Assembly: GCF_000315625.1 (NCBI RefSeq)
Contig: NW_005434625.1
Span: forward strand, 482,098-546,097
Length of the DNA stretch: 64,000 nucleotides
Direction of reading: 5' to 3'
Origin: Guillardia theta CCMP2712
Lineage: Eukaryota > Protista > Cryptophyta
Within the stretch, counting starts at the first letter, position 1. Every line of letters starts with the position of its first letter. Below, in pieces: positions 47,473-57,767 of the stretch. A model generated the notes under the pieces. That model ran no database searches. It was not told the DNA's origin and saw nothing but the letters and a program-made list of their open reading frames with translations. Made by a program: the position numbers and the translations under genes.

Positions 47473-47556
47473 TAGTACCGTAGTAGTACCGTAGTAGTAC
47501 CGTAGTAGTACCGTAGTAGTACCGTAGTAGTACCGTAGTAGTACCGTAGTAGTACC
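47473..47556. repeat. 11-bp perfect tandem repeat (GTAGTAGTACC) x7 plus a partial unit
   Basis: Directly visible. Confidence 0.95.
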
Positions 47557-47929
47557 GGCTTTCGTTGAGCGTTTCGAAAGAAATGCTCAGAGCCTCGGAA
47601 CTTTTAGTAGCCGGTTCTTTGACAAGGCGTTCGTCAAGACTTGTATGCGAACACCTATAAGACTCATCCCTCATCGAACAACCCTGAAACTGCCCACTCC
47701 TCCCTCCCTCCCTCCCTCCCTCCCTCCCTGCCTAATCTGGTCGATGGTCCCGGCAGCCTCTGTGGAAGCTGCATCTTCGGTAACCGCGGACCCCACGGTG
47801 TCGAGGTGCACGTCTGCTTGTTATGCAGGTCCCCGGATCTCCAATGGGATCTCCTTCGAGTGTGTGGACTCTCGCGACTCGCTCGCCCCGCTTGTGCCTC
47901 GCAGTCAATCAGTTTAAGAGTGAGGGTTA

Positions 47930-48030
47930 NNNNNNNNNNNNNNNNNNNNNNNNNNNNNNNNNNNNNNNNNNNNNNNNNNNNNNNNNNNNNNNNNNNNNNN
48001 NNNNNNNNNNNNNNNNNNNNNNNNNNNNNT
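47930..48030. other. Assembly gap (run of about 100 N)
   Basis: N run, flanked by (CCCT)n-rich sequence. Confidence 0.99.
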
Positions 48031-48355
48031 ATGTAATCCCTCCCACACTCCCTCGCTTCCTCCCTCTTCCTCCCCGCCCCTCCATCTCTCCCTCCCTCCC
48101 AACCGTGCTTGAACGAGGAGACGAGGAGGAGGGGGGGCATGGCGACGTGGCGATCAATTTGTCTCAGCTCAAGATCACCGTGAAGGGCATTGGCTGTAAT
48201 TTCGAGCCATGTTTCTGCCTTTAACTTTGAGATAAGCCCAAGGGCGTTTCCAGGATGGCAGGAGATCATCTGTAAACATCAATCGACTTTATTGAACTGA
48301 CATCTTCAATCACTCTATATACAATGAACATCAACATGTCTGACCACCTCCTTGC

Positions 48356-51300
48356 CTACTCCCCGATACTGTTTCGAAATCTCACGTACCTCTTGTGCCC
48401 ATCCATCGACTTGAGCGCATGAAACTCCTTCAGGATCAGCCTGAGCTCGCACACGTGCCCCTCTACCCCCTTCCTCCTCGTCTCCTCGTTCACCACCCGC
48501 ACGTTGATCGCCACGTCCCGATACCCCCCCGACAGCCTCGAGTCGTACGCCTCGTCCAGCCTGTTCTTGATCCTCACCACCTCCAGCTCCGGATCCTCCA
48601 GCACTGCCCTCACGCCCTCCGTCAGCTCCTCTACCCCCGTGAACACAAGGCTCTGCCGCACCACGTCCGTGAGGCAGTAGACCTGGTAGCTGTACGACCG
48701 CACGACCTTCTCGATGGCCCTCGACGCGCTCTTGATGCTCGCCCACCTCACCCGCCTCTCCATCGATCTATCCGCTACCGCCTCCCGCCAGCGCACGTAC
48801 GAGGGCCCCTCTCTACCCTCCCATGCTGGCAAGTAGCCGTCGACGGTCTCGGCGAGCGACTGGACCTTGAGGAGGAAGGTGGGGTCGAGGAGGACCGCCT
48901 GCGCGTAGAGCTGGTCCAGGGACTCGACCCTCATGACAGGGTTGGCCTTGCCCGGTCCAGTCCATGAGGGCACGCACAGGAGGGAAAGGTCGAAGATGCT
49001 GGGCTTGCTGTTCTCGCAGTCGACGTCTCGAGAGCTCCACTGCTCGGCTCTTCCAGCAGGATGGAGGCTGCAGATGTCGGCGAGCCTGGTCAGCTGCGGC
49101 TTACTGTCATCCTGCTCGAGCAGCAGGGCCCAGCACTGGTCGTACTTGACCTGCTCCTCCTTGACGTAGCTCATGGCCCTGCGAAACTGAAGCTTCCGTG
49201 ATACCTGGAAGTAGAGCCACACGGAGAGCAGCACATATGCTGTAAAGGGAATGTAGTCCATGCTGAAGGACTTGGAGCTGCGGAACCAGTCCATGTCAAC
49301 GGCTGTTGCTCCAATGCTTATGAAAATAATGTAAACGGGCAGCACGTGCAGTGTGTACTTCTCCCGGAACTGCAGGATGAGGCCGTAACTGAGGTCTGCG
49401 ATGCCAAACAAGAAGTCATGGGCGCTCAAGGGGTCTCGCAAGCTCAGAGGCATCGACGTGGCCAGCTCCATCAAGCCGACAACATGAAAGCAGGAAGCAG
49501 CGAAAGTCTTTGCGACGAATGAGTTGCGCATAAGAGCAAAAAATACCGCCAGGAAGCAGAAAGAACTTGGCAAGACGTAGTTTACGTATCGCAAGGTACT
49601 CCGCCATGTCTGCCTCAGCTCGAAACGGATGCTCGTGCCCCTGGCCAGCTCTGGAGAGGCGTCGCAAAGCTGCAGCCCCGGCCAGTCGCTGCATGAGAAG
49701 GAGGAGACTTCCACCCATGACGCGTTCCCTGCCTTGGTCGCTTGCTCCCATCGCTCCAGCACGAGCTCCTGAGGGTCGTACTGCGCCTGCTCCGGATCTG
49801 CAGCGATCTCTAGCTGCCAGCCGTTGACCACGACGGACTCATTGAAGGTGAAGTAGAGGGAAGCATTGTCCACGGACACTGATGAGGGATGGAAGCGCGA
49901 GCAGGCGTCTCTGACCAGCGCGAAAGAGCTCTTGTACAGCTCTGCTCGCGCACCCACTGATCGGTCTCGAACCCGCCTCAGCTCCAGGCGATACAGGGTC
50001 GAGCTCATGGCGCCGTTTGTGAAGGTGGCGTGCGCTTTCGCCCCAGCAAACACGAAGTAGCCGTAGGCGACACCTACCATGAAGAGAATGGCCTGGAAGA
50101 AATGCTTGTTCACAGCGTTGGTGAGAGGGGTGGACGAGAACATGATGGTGGAAGTCGCTACTTCGTCAAGGCCGTGCGCTGCTCTCTCAAGGTGCTCGTC
50201 AAGCACGTTTCCTCGATGATGGCTTCTGACTCTCGCGAGCGTGACTTCAGACCTGTCTCCCTCCTCGTCCTTGCACGAGGATAGGGAGGAGGTAAAGTCG
50301 CTCGGCGACATCGAAGCTCCGCCGCTGCGCAGGCTAGCAGGAACAAGCAAGCCCAGGCTCAGCTGTCTTGCAAGCATCCCCAGCACTTGCCAAGGCTTGA
50401 AGCAGTCCCTGCGGAATGAAAGAATCTGCTTATAGCTCTGGTACCTCAATGATGAGGTCGAATACACCAGCTGGTGCATGGGCATGACTGCAAGCCTGAG
50501 CTCGCACACGTGCCCCTCTACCCCCTTCCTCCTCGTCTCCTCGTTCACCACCCGCACGTTGATCGCCACGTCCCGATACCCCCCCGACAGCCTCGAGTCG
50601 TACGCCTCGTCCAGCCTGTTCTTGATCCTCACCACCTCCAGCTCCGGGTCCTCCAGCACTGCCCTCACGCCCTCCGTCAGCTCCTCTACCCCCGTGAACA
50701 CAAGGCTCTGCCGCACCACGTCCGTGAGGTCTGAGAGTCTGCCGTGGCATAGCAGCTGGACCTTCTCGATGGCCCTCGACGCGCTCTTGATGCTCGCCCA
50801 CCTCACCCGCCTCTCCATCGATCTATCTGCTACCGCCTCCCGCCAGCGCACGTACGAGGGCCCCTCTCTACCCTCCCATGCTGGCAAGTAGCCGTCGACG
50901 GTCTCGGCGAGCGACTGGACCTTGAGGAGGAAGATGGGGTCGAGGAGGACCGCCTGCGCGTAGAGCTGGTCCAGGGACGCCGCACATGCCTGGTGTGTCT
51001 GCCGCCCTGTAGCAGAGCGCGGCTCCTCCGCCTCTATCTCCTCTGGGCTCTGGCTTGAGTCCTCGGTGCTTACGACCACTATCGGCTCCCGGCACCTGCC
51101 ATCCAGCTCTGCATACGCCGTAGCTCGCTTCACCACGCGGCTCAAGGTTTCTATCGCCGAGCTTGTCCGCATCTCCTCCCATCGCTCCTCCAACCCGCAA
51201 GCAGCCTCCTTCCGGGCCTCCTGCAGTGCCTGCAGCCGCAGCCGCTCTCGCATCAAGAGGAAAGCCGCCCCGGCCCCAAGCATCCCAACACTCGGGTACC

Positions 51301-52126
51301 GCCACCCTCCCGCGGCGAGCCCCGTCCCAGTTCTGATGGCGCCCGACAGCGCGACGAGCTCGACGGCGTAAGGCTCGATGTAGGCTACCGGCACAGGGAA
51401 GACAAGGAGGTCCTGCACTGAGCTCTCAGCCCGCCCGCCCTCCCATGCGTCCCCCCGCCCACTGACCGTCAGGACGAAGACGATGAAGCTGTAGCTCGGG
51501 GTGTTGAGCCCGGTCCGGCCGGCGCCTTGACTCATCATCCTCACGAAGATGAGGAGGTTGAGGATCGCGTCGAGTACACCGTAGGCTATGACCACCTGCT
51601 TGCATCTTTCACGTCTCTCACTCATGCAACATGAGCATCATCATACCAGCTTGGCAACTTCAATCTGACGCCTCGACGCAAGCAAAACCACGACTACACA
51701 GATCACCCCGGATATGAAGTTGGTGGCGATCTCGAGAGGCATCTCCCATGAGCAAGCAAGAAACTGGCTCCTGGCATACGCCTCGGTGGAGTACTCCCGC
51801 ACCCGCTTCCCTCCTATCACAAGCGAGAAGTAGCCTGCCTCCTGCACCCAGCGCATCTTGACCGCGCAAAGCGCTATCCATGCTCCGCTCAAGAGTGCGA
51901 GTGCCACCTGCGCTGGAGGCCAGGCAAGAAGAGCAGACAGAGGCTCGTAGGAGAAGAAGATGACGCTGGGCTTTGACCTGTAGATGACTCGTTGCTCCAC
52001 ACAACGTTGAAGACGGTCTCCCTGGGAGTGGGAGTAGAAGCGAGCGAACTCTAAGGAGGAGTCATGCATGTCACGAGCAAGCGGCCTGAAGGTGGAGGGA
52101 GAGAGACATGGCTCATTTTCGTTCAT
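48356..52126 (-). CDS. Polytopic membrane protein with two RelA/SpoT-like nucleotidyltransferase domains and a discoidin-like extracellular loop
   Basis: Each domain reads IKSASRAIEKV...LTDVVRQSLVF...RIKNRL...GGYRDVAINVRV...HVCELRL, with TM clusters before each. The loop VVVNGWQL...DPQELVLE...SWVEV is discoidin-like. Probable introns at ~51596-51646 and ~51413-51466 join the 161-aa and 1089-aa ORFs. Confidence 0.75.
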
Positions 52127-53480
52127 TTCCCTCCCTTGTCGCTACGTGGCAGCAGCTGCTCATCGCCGTCTTGAAGCCGCTGCATTTTCTTTCCCCATAG
52201 ATCCAATGGATTTTTTGTACACCTCGGAGATCCTTTTGTTTGGGGTTCACGATGAAAATCTTCCGGTAAATTTGGTTACTTTCATTCACCATTTGCAAGT
52301 TGTATTGGATTTTGTTGAATTTGAAATTTGCAGGCTTCGGAACTCGGCGATTTTCGGACTCCTAAAAGGGCCACAGGCTGCGAATGCTTTCAGCTACTGG
52401 CATCGGCGACCCGGCGGCCCGGAGCCGGGGCCCGGCGATCATGCCGAATCTCTGAGGCCTCAGGCTACAGGGACCTAAACGGTCACGTCACTGGTCCCCG
52501 CCGGTTACTATGAACCTGCGAAATGACACAAAGAAGCTTGAGACGGCGATGAGCGGCTGATGTCAGAGGAATAACCCGAAAATCGGAGCGGCTCCTCGAA
52601 CAGTGGGAGGGAGGGCGGACTGAGAGCTTGCAGGACGAGCCTTACGACGTCGAGCTCAGGCGCCATCAGAAACCCGAGTGTTGGGATGCTTGGGGCCGGG
52701 GCGGCTTTCCTCTTGATGCGAGAGCGGCTGCGGCTGCAGGCACTGCAGAAGCGAGCGAACTCTAAGGAGGAGTCATGCATGTCACGAGCAAGCAGCCTGA
52801 AGGTGGAGGGAGAGAGACACGGCTCATTTTCGTTCATTTCCCTCCCTTGTCGCTACGTGGCAGCAGCTGCTCATCGCCGTCTTGAAGCCGGTGGGTCCGA
52901 GTCGCTGCATTTTCTTTCCCCATAGATCCAATGGATTTTTTGTACACCTCGGAGATCCTTTTGTTTGGGGTTCACGATGAAAATCTTCCGGTAAATTTGG
53001 TCACTTTCATTCACCATTTGCAAGTTGTATTGGATTTTGTTGAATTTGAAATTTGCAGGCTTCGGAACTCGGCGATTTTCGGAACCTAAAAGGGCCACAG
53101 GCTGTTGTCAACTTCGAATGCTTTCAGGCTACTGGCATCGGCGACCCGGCGGCCCGGAGCCGGGGCCCGGCGATCATGCCGAATCTCTGAGGCCTCAGGC
53201 TACAGGGACCTAACTTGAACGGTCACGTCACTGGTCCCCGCCGGTTACTATGAACCTGCGAAATGACACAGAGAAGCTTGAGACGGCGATGAGCGGCTGA
53301 TGTCAGAGGAATAACCCGAAAATCGGAGGCTCCTCGAATGGGAGGGAGGGCGGACTGAAAGCTTGCAGGACGAGCCTTACGACGTCGAGCTCAGGCGCCA
53401 TCAGAAACCCGAGTGTTGGGATGTTTGGGGCCGGGGCGGCTTTCCTCTTGATGCGAGAGCGGCTGCGGCTGCAGGCACTG
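52037..53480. repeat. Direct tandem duplication, unit about 710-730 bp (52037-52748 and 52749-53480)
   Basis: AGAAGCGAGCGAACTCTAAGG begins both units; near-identical sequence with small indels. Confidence 0.9.
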
Positions 53481-54125
53481 CAGGAGGCCCGGAAGGAGGC
53501 TGCTTGCGGGTTGGAGGAGCGATGGGAGGAGATGCGGACAAGCTCGGCGATAGAAACCTTGAGCCGCGTGGTGAAGCGAGCTACGGCGTACGCAGAGCTG
53601 GATGGCAGGTGCCGGGGGCCGATAGTGGTCGTAAGCACCGAGGACTCAAGCCAGAGCCCAGAGGAGATAGAGCCGGAGGAGCCGCGCTCTGCTACAGGGC
53701 GGCAGACACACCAGGCATGTGCGGCGTCCCTGGACCAGCTCTACGCGCAGGCGGTCCTCCTCGACCCCATCTTCCTCCTCAAGGTCCAGTCGCTCGCCGA
53801 GACCGTCGACGGCTACTTGCCAGCATGGGAGGGTAGAGAGGGGCCCTCGTACGTGCGCTGGCGGGAGGCGGTAGCGGATAGATCGATGGAGAGGCGGGTG
53901 AGGTGGGCGAGCATCAAGAGCGCGTCGAGGGCCATCGAGAAGGTCCAGCTGCTATGCCACGGCAGACTCTCAGACCTCACGGACGTGGTGCGGCAGAGCC
54001 TTGTGTTCACGGGGGTAGAGGAGCTGACGGAGTCGGGACGTGGCGATCAACGTGCGGGTGGTGAACGAGGAGACGAGGAGGAGGGGGGTAGAGGGGCACG
54101 TGTGCGAGCTCAGGCTGATCCTGAA
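53340..54125 (+). pseudogene. Inverted, internally deleted third copy of the nucleotidyltransferase domain
   Basis: 53407-54031 is the reverse complement of ~50672-51296. A deletion at ~54032 removes RIKNRL...GGY and shifts the frame. Ends in ELRLIL. Confidence 0.85.
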
Positions 54126-54352
54126 CCGCGGGCAACGGCTGACAGGGATGGCTGTTGGGATGGGGCGACTAGCGACTTGTGATATGCAGTGGATGGGGCG
54201 ACTGTTGGAGGTTCAAGAGTGAGGGGTCTCGATGGCGTCCAGCCCTAGCTGGCACAAGAGTTTGAGAGGAGGAGATTCGGTCGAGGGGATCAAGGCTATA
54301 TTACACAAGAGCTGTACAGGGAGGACGTCAGGACTTCAAGTCGTTGTGCACG

Positions 54353-57300
54353 TCACGCGTTGGCGAGGTCCTCGTGCGATTCACTGGCAGGATGGCCGAA
54401 GACAGACTCGTAGCTAGGAGCTGACGGCACACAGTCAGCCGGCGGCAGAGCTGACGTTGCCCCCCGCCGTGAGGAAGGAGTGTCCGATCGATGCCAGCAT
54501 CTCTTGCGAGCTGCGACGAAGCAGCAGAACAGCAAGCTCGATCCTGCCAGCGTAGGCACCAGTACGACGACGAGGAAGTTGGAGGGGCCGGACGGTTCGA
54601 GGGCCTGCGGAGCCGCGAACGTCTTTATGAGTTGAAAGGACAAAGTGCCCATGGAGATCAGAGATACTCCCATGGAATGAAGCGTCGGGTTGTGAGCGAT
54701 CTTGTCCGCCAGTGACGCGCTTGTCGTCGCCATCGCTTTCTCCTTGTTTGACACTGACGTCACGACTGTCGAGAGGATGTCGACTTGAGCGGCTGCACGT
54801 CTTGACTGAGAGCTGCTTGCAGTGCTTGTGATGGAGGTGGAGGAGTCTTGTTGCAGGCCCATGGACGTCAGCACGGCTTCTTGGAACGCTTCTTTCACCG
54901 GCCCCTGGTACTCCGACACTGCCAGTCCGGATACCTTGCAGTGAAACCACACCTTCAAGCGCTCGCCGCTGAACAGGACGGGGAGCGGCGTGGTTAGAGG
55001 GGCCCAAGTCGTGGGAGGCGGAGGCGAGGAGGCGACAGTGGAGGTAACAAGGCCGGAGGTTGGAGGAGCCTGAAGAGTAAACTGATTTGACTCGTCAATG
55101 ATGTTGCACTCAAAGTTCAGTCCGAGCGGTTTGCTCTGATACCGCAGGGTGCCAGGGGAAGCGAGCACGGAGATACAAGGCTCTATCTCCAACGCTAGGA
55201 CCTCGTCCGATGCTGACGTCACGTACACGGTCCAACCGTCTGGACTCAGCACGGGGAGCATGTGCGCGGATGTCTTGCCGCTGCTCCAATGCCACACGCC
55301 CTCACCAGAGGACGCGAGAAGAGCAGAAACAGAGCCGTCAGAGGACCAGACGAAGAGAAATTGCCCGCGAGGACCCACAACCGGCCGGGTGAGAAGAAAA
55401 GCGCCAAAGTCCTGCGACCAGATGGTTGCGCCAGAGGAGGCGTTGAGGGTCAGGATACGCTTGTCACTGCATGCTGCATGCAGCAAGTCTTGCTGAGGGT
55501 TCGCCGTAAGTGCAGAACAGAAGCTTGTTCCCGTAGAGACCGTCCAGACTTGTGCCCCTCCAGACGTCTGCTGGGCGTGGAGGCTCTTGTCCGTTGCAAA
55601 GAAGACGAGCTGAGCGTTGGAGCTCACACAGGGAGGAGAGAGAGCTTGCTGGCCTCTCTGGACCGACCATGACAGAGAGGCTGAAGAAGCATTGTAGTTG
55701 TAGACGAGCAACCTCGATGCGCTCGTGATGTAGAGCTTGTCGCCAGATTCTAAAAAGCTTGCGGAGGAAGTGACATCAAAATGAACACTCCACTTCAACC
55801 TGCCACTGTTTGCGTCCAGCGCCAGCAGGCTCGGAGAGCCATCTGTCAGCACGTAAACGCTGCTGCCATCGTAACTCACGTATGGGGCTGAGGACCAGGA
55901 GGTCCCAGGAGAGTAAGACCACAGCTCTTGTCCGGTCACGCTGTCTCTCGCACGAATGCTCGTTTCATCCTGTTGTTCCGACGAGGAGGAGGGGGTCCCA
56001 AGGCCCACGACCATGACTCGTCCGTCTGGAGTGAGAGCAGGAGCCGTCAGAGTCTCGCTGTCAAAATCGAAAGTTCGAAGCAAGCTCCCCGTCTGAGTGC
56101 TGAACACCTTCACCTCCGACCCCGACGACGAGTAGCCTAAGTTGCCGTCATTGCTGATCACGACAGGGAAGACTGACGCCGACTGGAATGACCACAGCTG
56201 CATCATGTGGAGAGAAGAACAGGAGGGCTGTGAAAACGCGTTGAGGTACCAGTCAACCAGGCGGAATCGAGTCTCGAGAGCCAAGACAGAAGAGCCTTGC
56301 GCCACGAACAGGTAGGAGCTGCTGGGGTCGAGAGCGAGGCTGATGGGACCGAGAGCTTTCTCAGCTGTGGTATACTTCCATACCGATGCTCCGTTGAGAG
56401 CTGAGAAGGAGTGGATTTCGTTGCTTGCAGTGCCCACAAACACAAGCGAAGCATCAGCACTCACAGCCAGGCTTGACATCGCAGAGAGCAACTGCCTTGA
56501 GCCCCATGCTTCCGATCCGTCAGAGGAGTCCAGTGCCAACAACATGCCGCTCTCGATCCCCACGTACAGCCGCCCTGCTCCAGGATCGTCAGCCAACAAG
56601 AAGGAGGTTGCTGCGTGCTTCCATTGCCATAGCAGATATCCCGTAAGTGTGTTGATCGCCATGACCCCCTCACTCTGAGAGCACATGAAAACTCGACTGC
56701 CATCTGCACTCACAGCAGGCCAGGAAGCGAATGTTCCTTGCATCTTAAAGCGCCACAAGACGGAGCCTGTGCTCGCGTTCAAAGCTCTCAAAGTCGAGTC
56801 GCTGTAGCCCACAAACAGTCTGCTGCCATCTGTACTTAATGCAAGCAAGAACGGTACTGGATCTTCACGTGCAGCTGCTGCTGACCATAGCGTCACACCA
56901 TTCGAGGGGTTGAGAGCGAGGACGACACCGTCTGACGTGCCCACGAAAACACTTCGACCGCTGGTGCTCACGACGACTCTCGATGAGACTGGCGTCTGCA
57001 AGGAGCGAACCCAAACCTGAGCCCCTGTGATGGCATCGAGAGCGTGAAGACTTTGACCAGATGCGACATAAACTTTGTTGTCTGCTCGACTTGTAGCTGG
57101 AGAGGTGGAAAACTGCTGTTGGGATTGGTAGGACCAGCCCTTAATCCCCGTCGCTGCATCGAGAGAGTACACCTGTCGGTCATCGGACACTACGTAGACC
57201 CTCGTCCCGTCGGCACTCACAGCCGGGGCATGCTCTATGTTCCCTCCCGTCGTATTTCTCCACACCTCCGATCCCACTTTCGGGTCCAGCTGTACCCTCG

Positions 57301-57496
57301 AGGACGCGTCAGCGAGCCATGCTGCGAGCTGGCCACACGGCGCATGAGAGACGAAGTTGGTCGGGCAGCAGCTGCTGCAGCCGTCGGTCTTGTTGTCCAG
57401 GAATCTCCCAGGAGGGCACGAGGAGCCCTCACTGTCTGCTCCTGACATGCGCGCGCATGCCACCAGCACCAGTGCCGCCAGTATCCTGGCCGCCAT
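54353..57496 (-). CDS. Type I membrane protein with PQQ/BamB-like beta-propeller repeats (probably two propellers), intronless
   Basis: Signal peptide MAARILAALVLVACARMSGA, Cys motif CPPGRF...CSSCCP...C, many repeats of P-x-VS-x-DG...VYV...ALDA-x-TG...W, a Ser/Thr/Pro stalk, and TM FLVVVLVPTLAGSSLLFCCFV. Confidence 0.85.
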   Translation of the reverse strand: MAARILAALVLVACARMSGADSEGSSCPPGRFLDNKTDGCSSCCPTNFVSHAPCGQLAAWLADASSRVQLDPKVGSEVWRNTTGGNIEHAPAVSADGTRVYVVSDDRQVYSLDAATGIKGWSYQSQQQFSTSPATSRADNKVYVASGQSLHALDAITGAQVWVRSLQTPVSSRVVVSTSGRSVFVGTSDGVVLALNPSNGVTLWSAAAAREDPVPFLLALSTDGSRLFVGYSDSTLRALNASTGSVLWRFKMQGTFASWPAVSADGSRVFMCSQSEGVMAINTLTGYLLWQWKHAATSFLLADDPGAGRLYVGIESGMLLALDSSDGSEAWGSRQLLSAMSSLAVSADASLVFVGTASNEIHSFSALNGASVWKYTTAEKALGPISLALDPSSSYLFVAQGSSVLALETRFRLVDWYLNAFSQPSCSSLHMMQLWSFQSASVFPVVISNDGNLGYSSSGSEVKVFSTQTGSLLRTFDFDSETLTAPALTPDGRVMVVGLGTPSSSSEQQDETSIRARDSVTGQELWSYSPGTSWSSAPYVSYDGSSVYVLTDGSPSLLALDANSGRLKWSVHFDVTSSASFLESGDKLYITSASRLLVYNYNASSASLSWSVQRGQQALSPPCVSSNAQLVFFATDKSLHAQQTSGGAQVWTVSTGTSFCSALTANPQQDLLHAACSDKRILTLNASSGATIWSQDFGAFLLTRPVVGPRGQFLFVWSSDGSVSALLASSGEGVWHWSSGKTSAHMLPVLSPDGWTVYVTSASDEVLALEIEPCISVLASPGTLRYQSKPLGLNFECNIIDESNQFTLQAPPTSGLVTSTVASSPPPPTTWAPLTTPLPVLFSGERLKVWFHCKVSGLAVSEYQGPVKEAFQEAVLTSMGLQQDSSTSITSTASSSQSRRAAAQVDILSTVVTSVSNKEKAMATTSASLADKIAHNPTLHSMGVSLISMGTLSFQLIKTFAAPQALEPSGPSNFLVVVLVPTLAGSSLLFCCFVAARKRCWHRSDTPSSRRGATSALPPADCVPSAPSYESVFGHPASESHEDLANA

Positions 57497-57767
57497 TGCC
57501 AGCTGCCAAGGGTGAACAGATTTACTCAAGTGGGAGCAAAGACCAGTAGGAGAGTGATAGACCAAACAAACTCGCCCCAGAGTATTATTTGGTCAAGACG
57601 AGAGACAGCGCTATCCTCCTGCAAGTTTCGATGATTTCAACGGTATGAACCCAAATGCATTTATTAGTTTAGCTAGGGACTTCGTTGATTTTACTGAAAT
57701 ATGAGCATGGAGGCTGAGCAGAGGGTCAAGAATGTGTTAGGGAGGTAGCAACTTGCAACAGTGAAGG

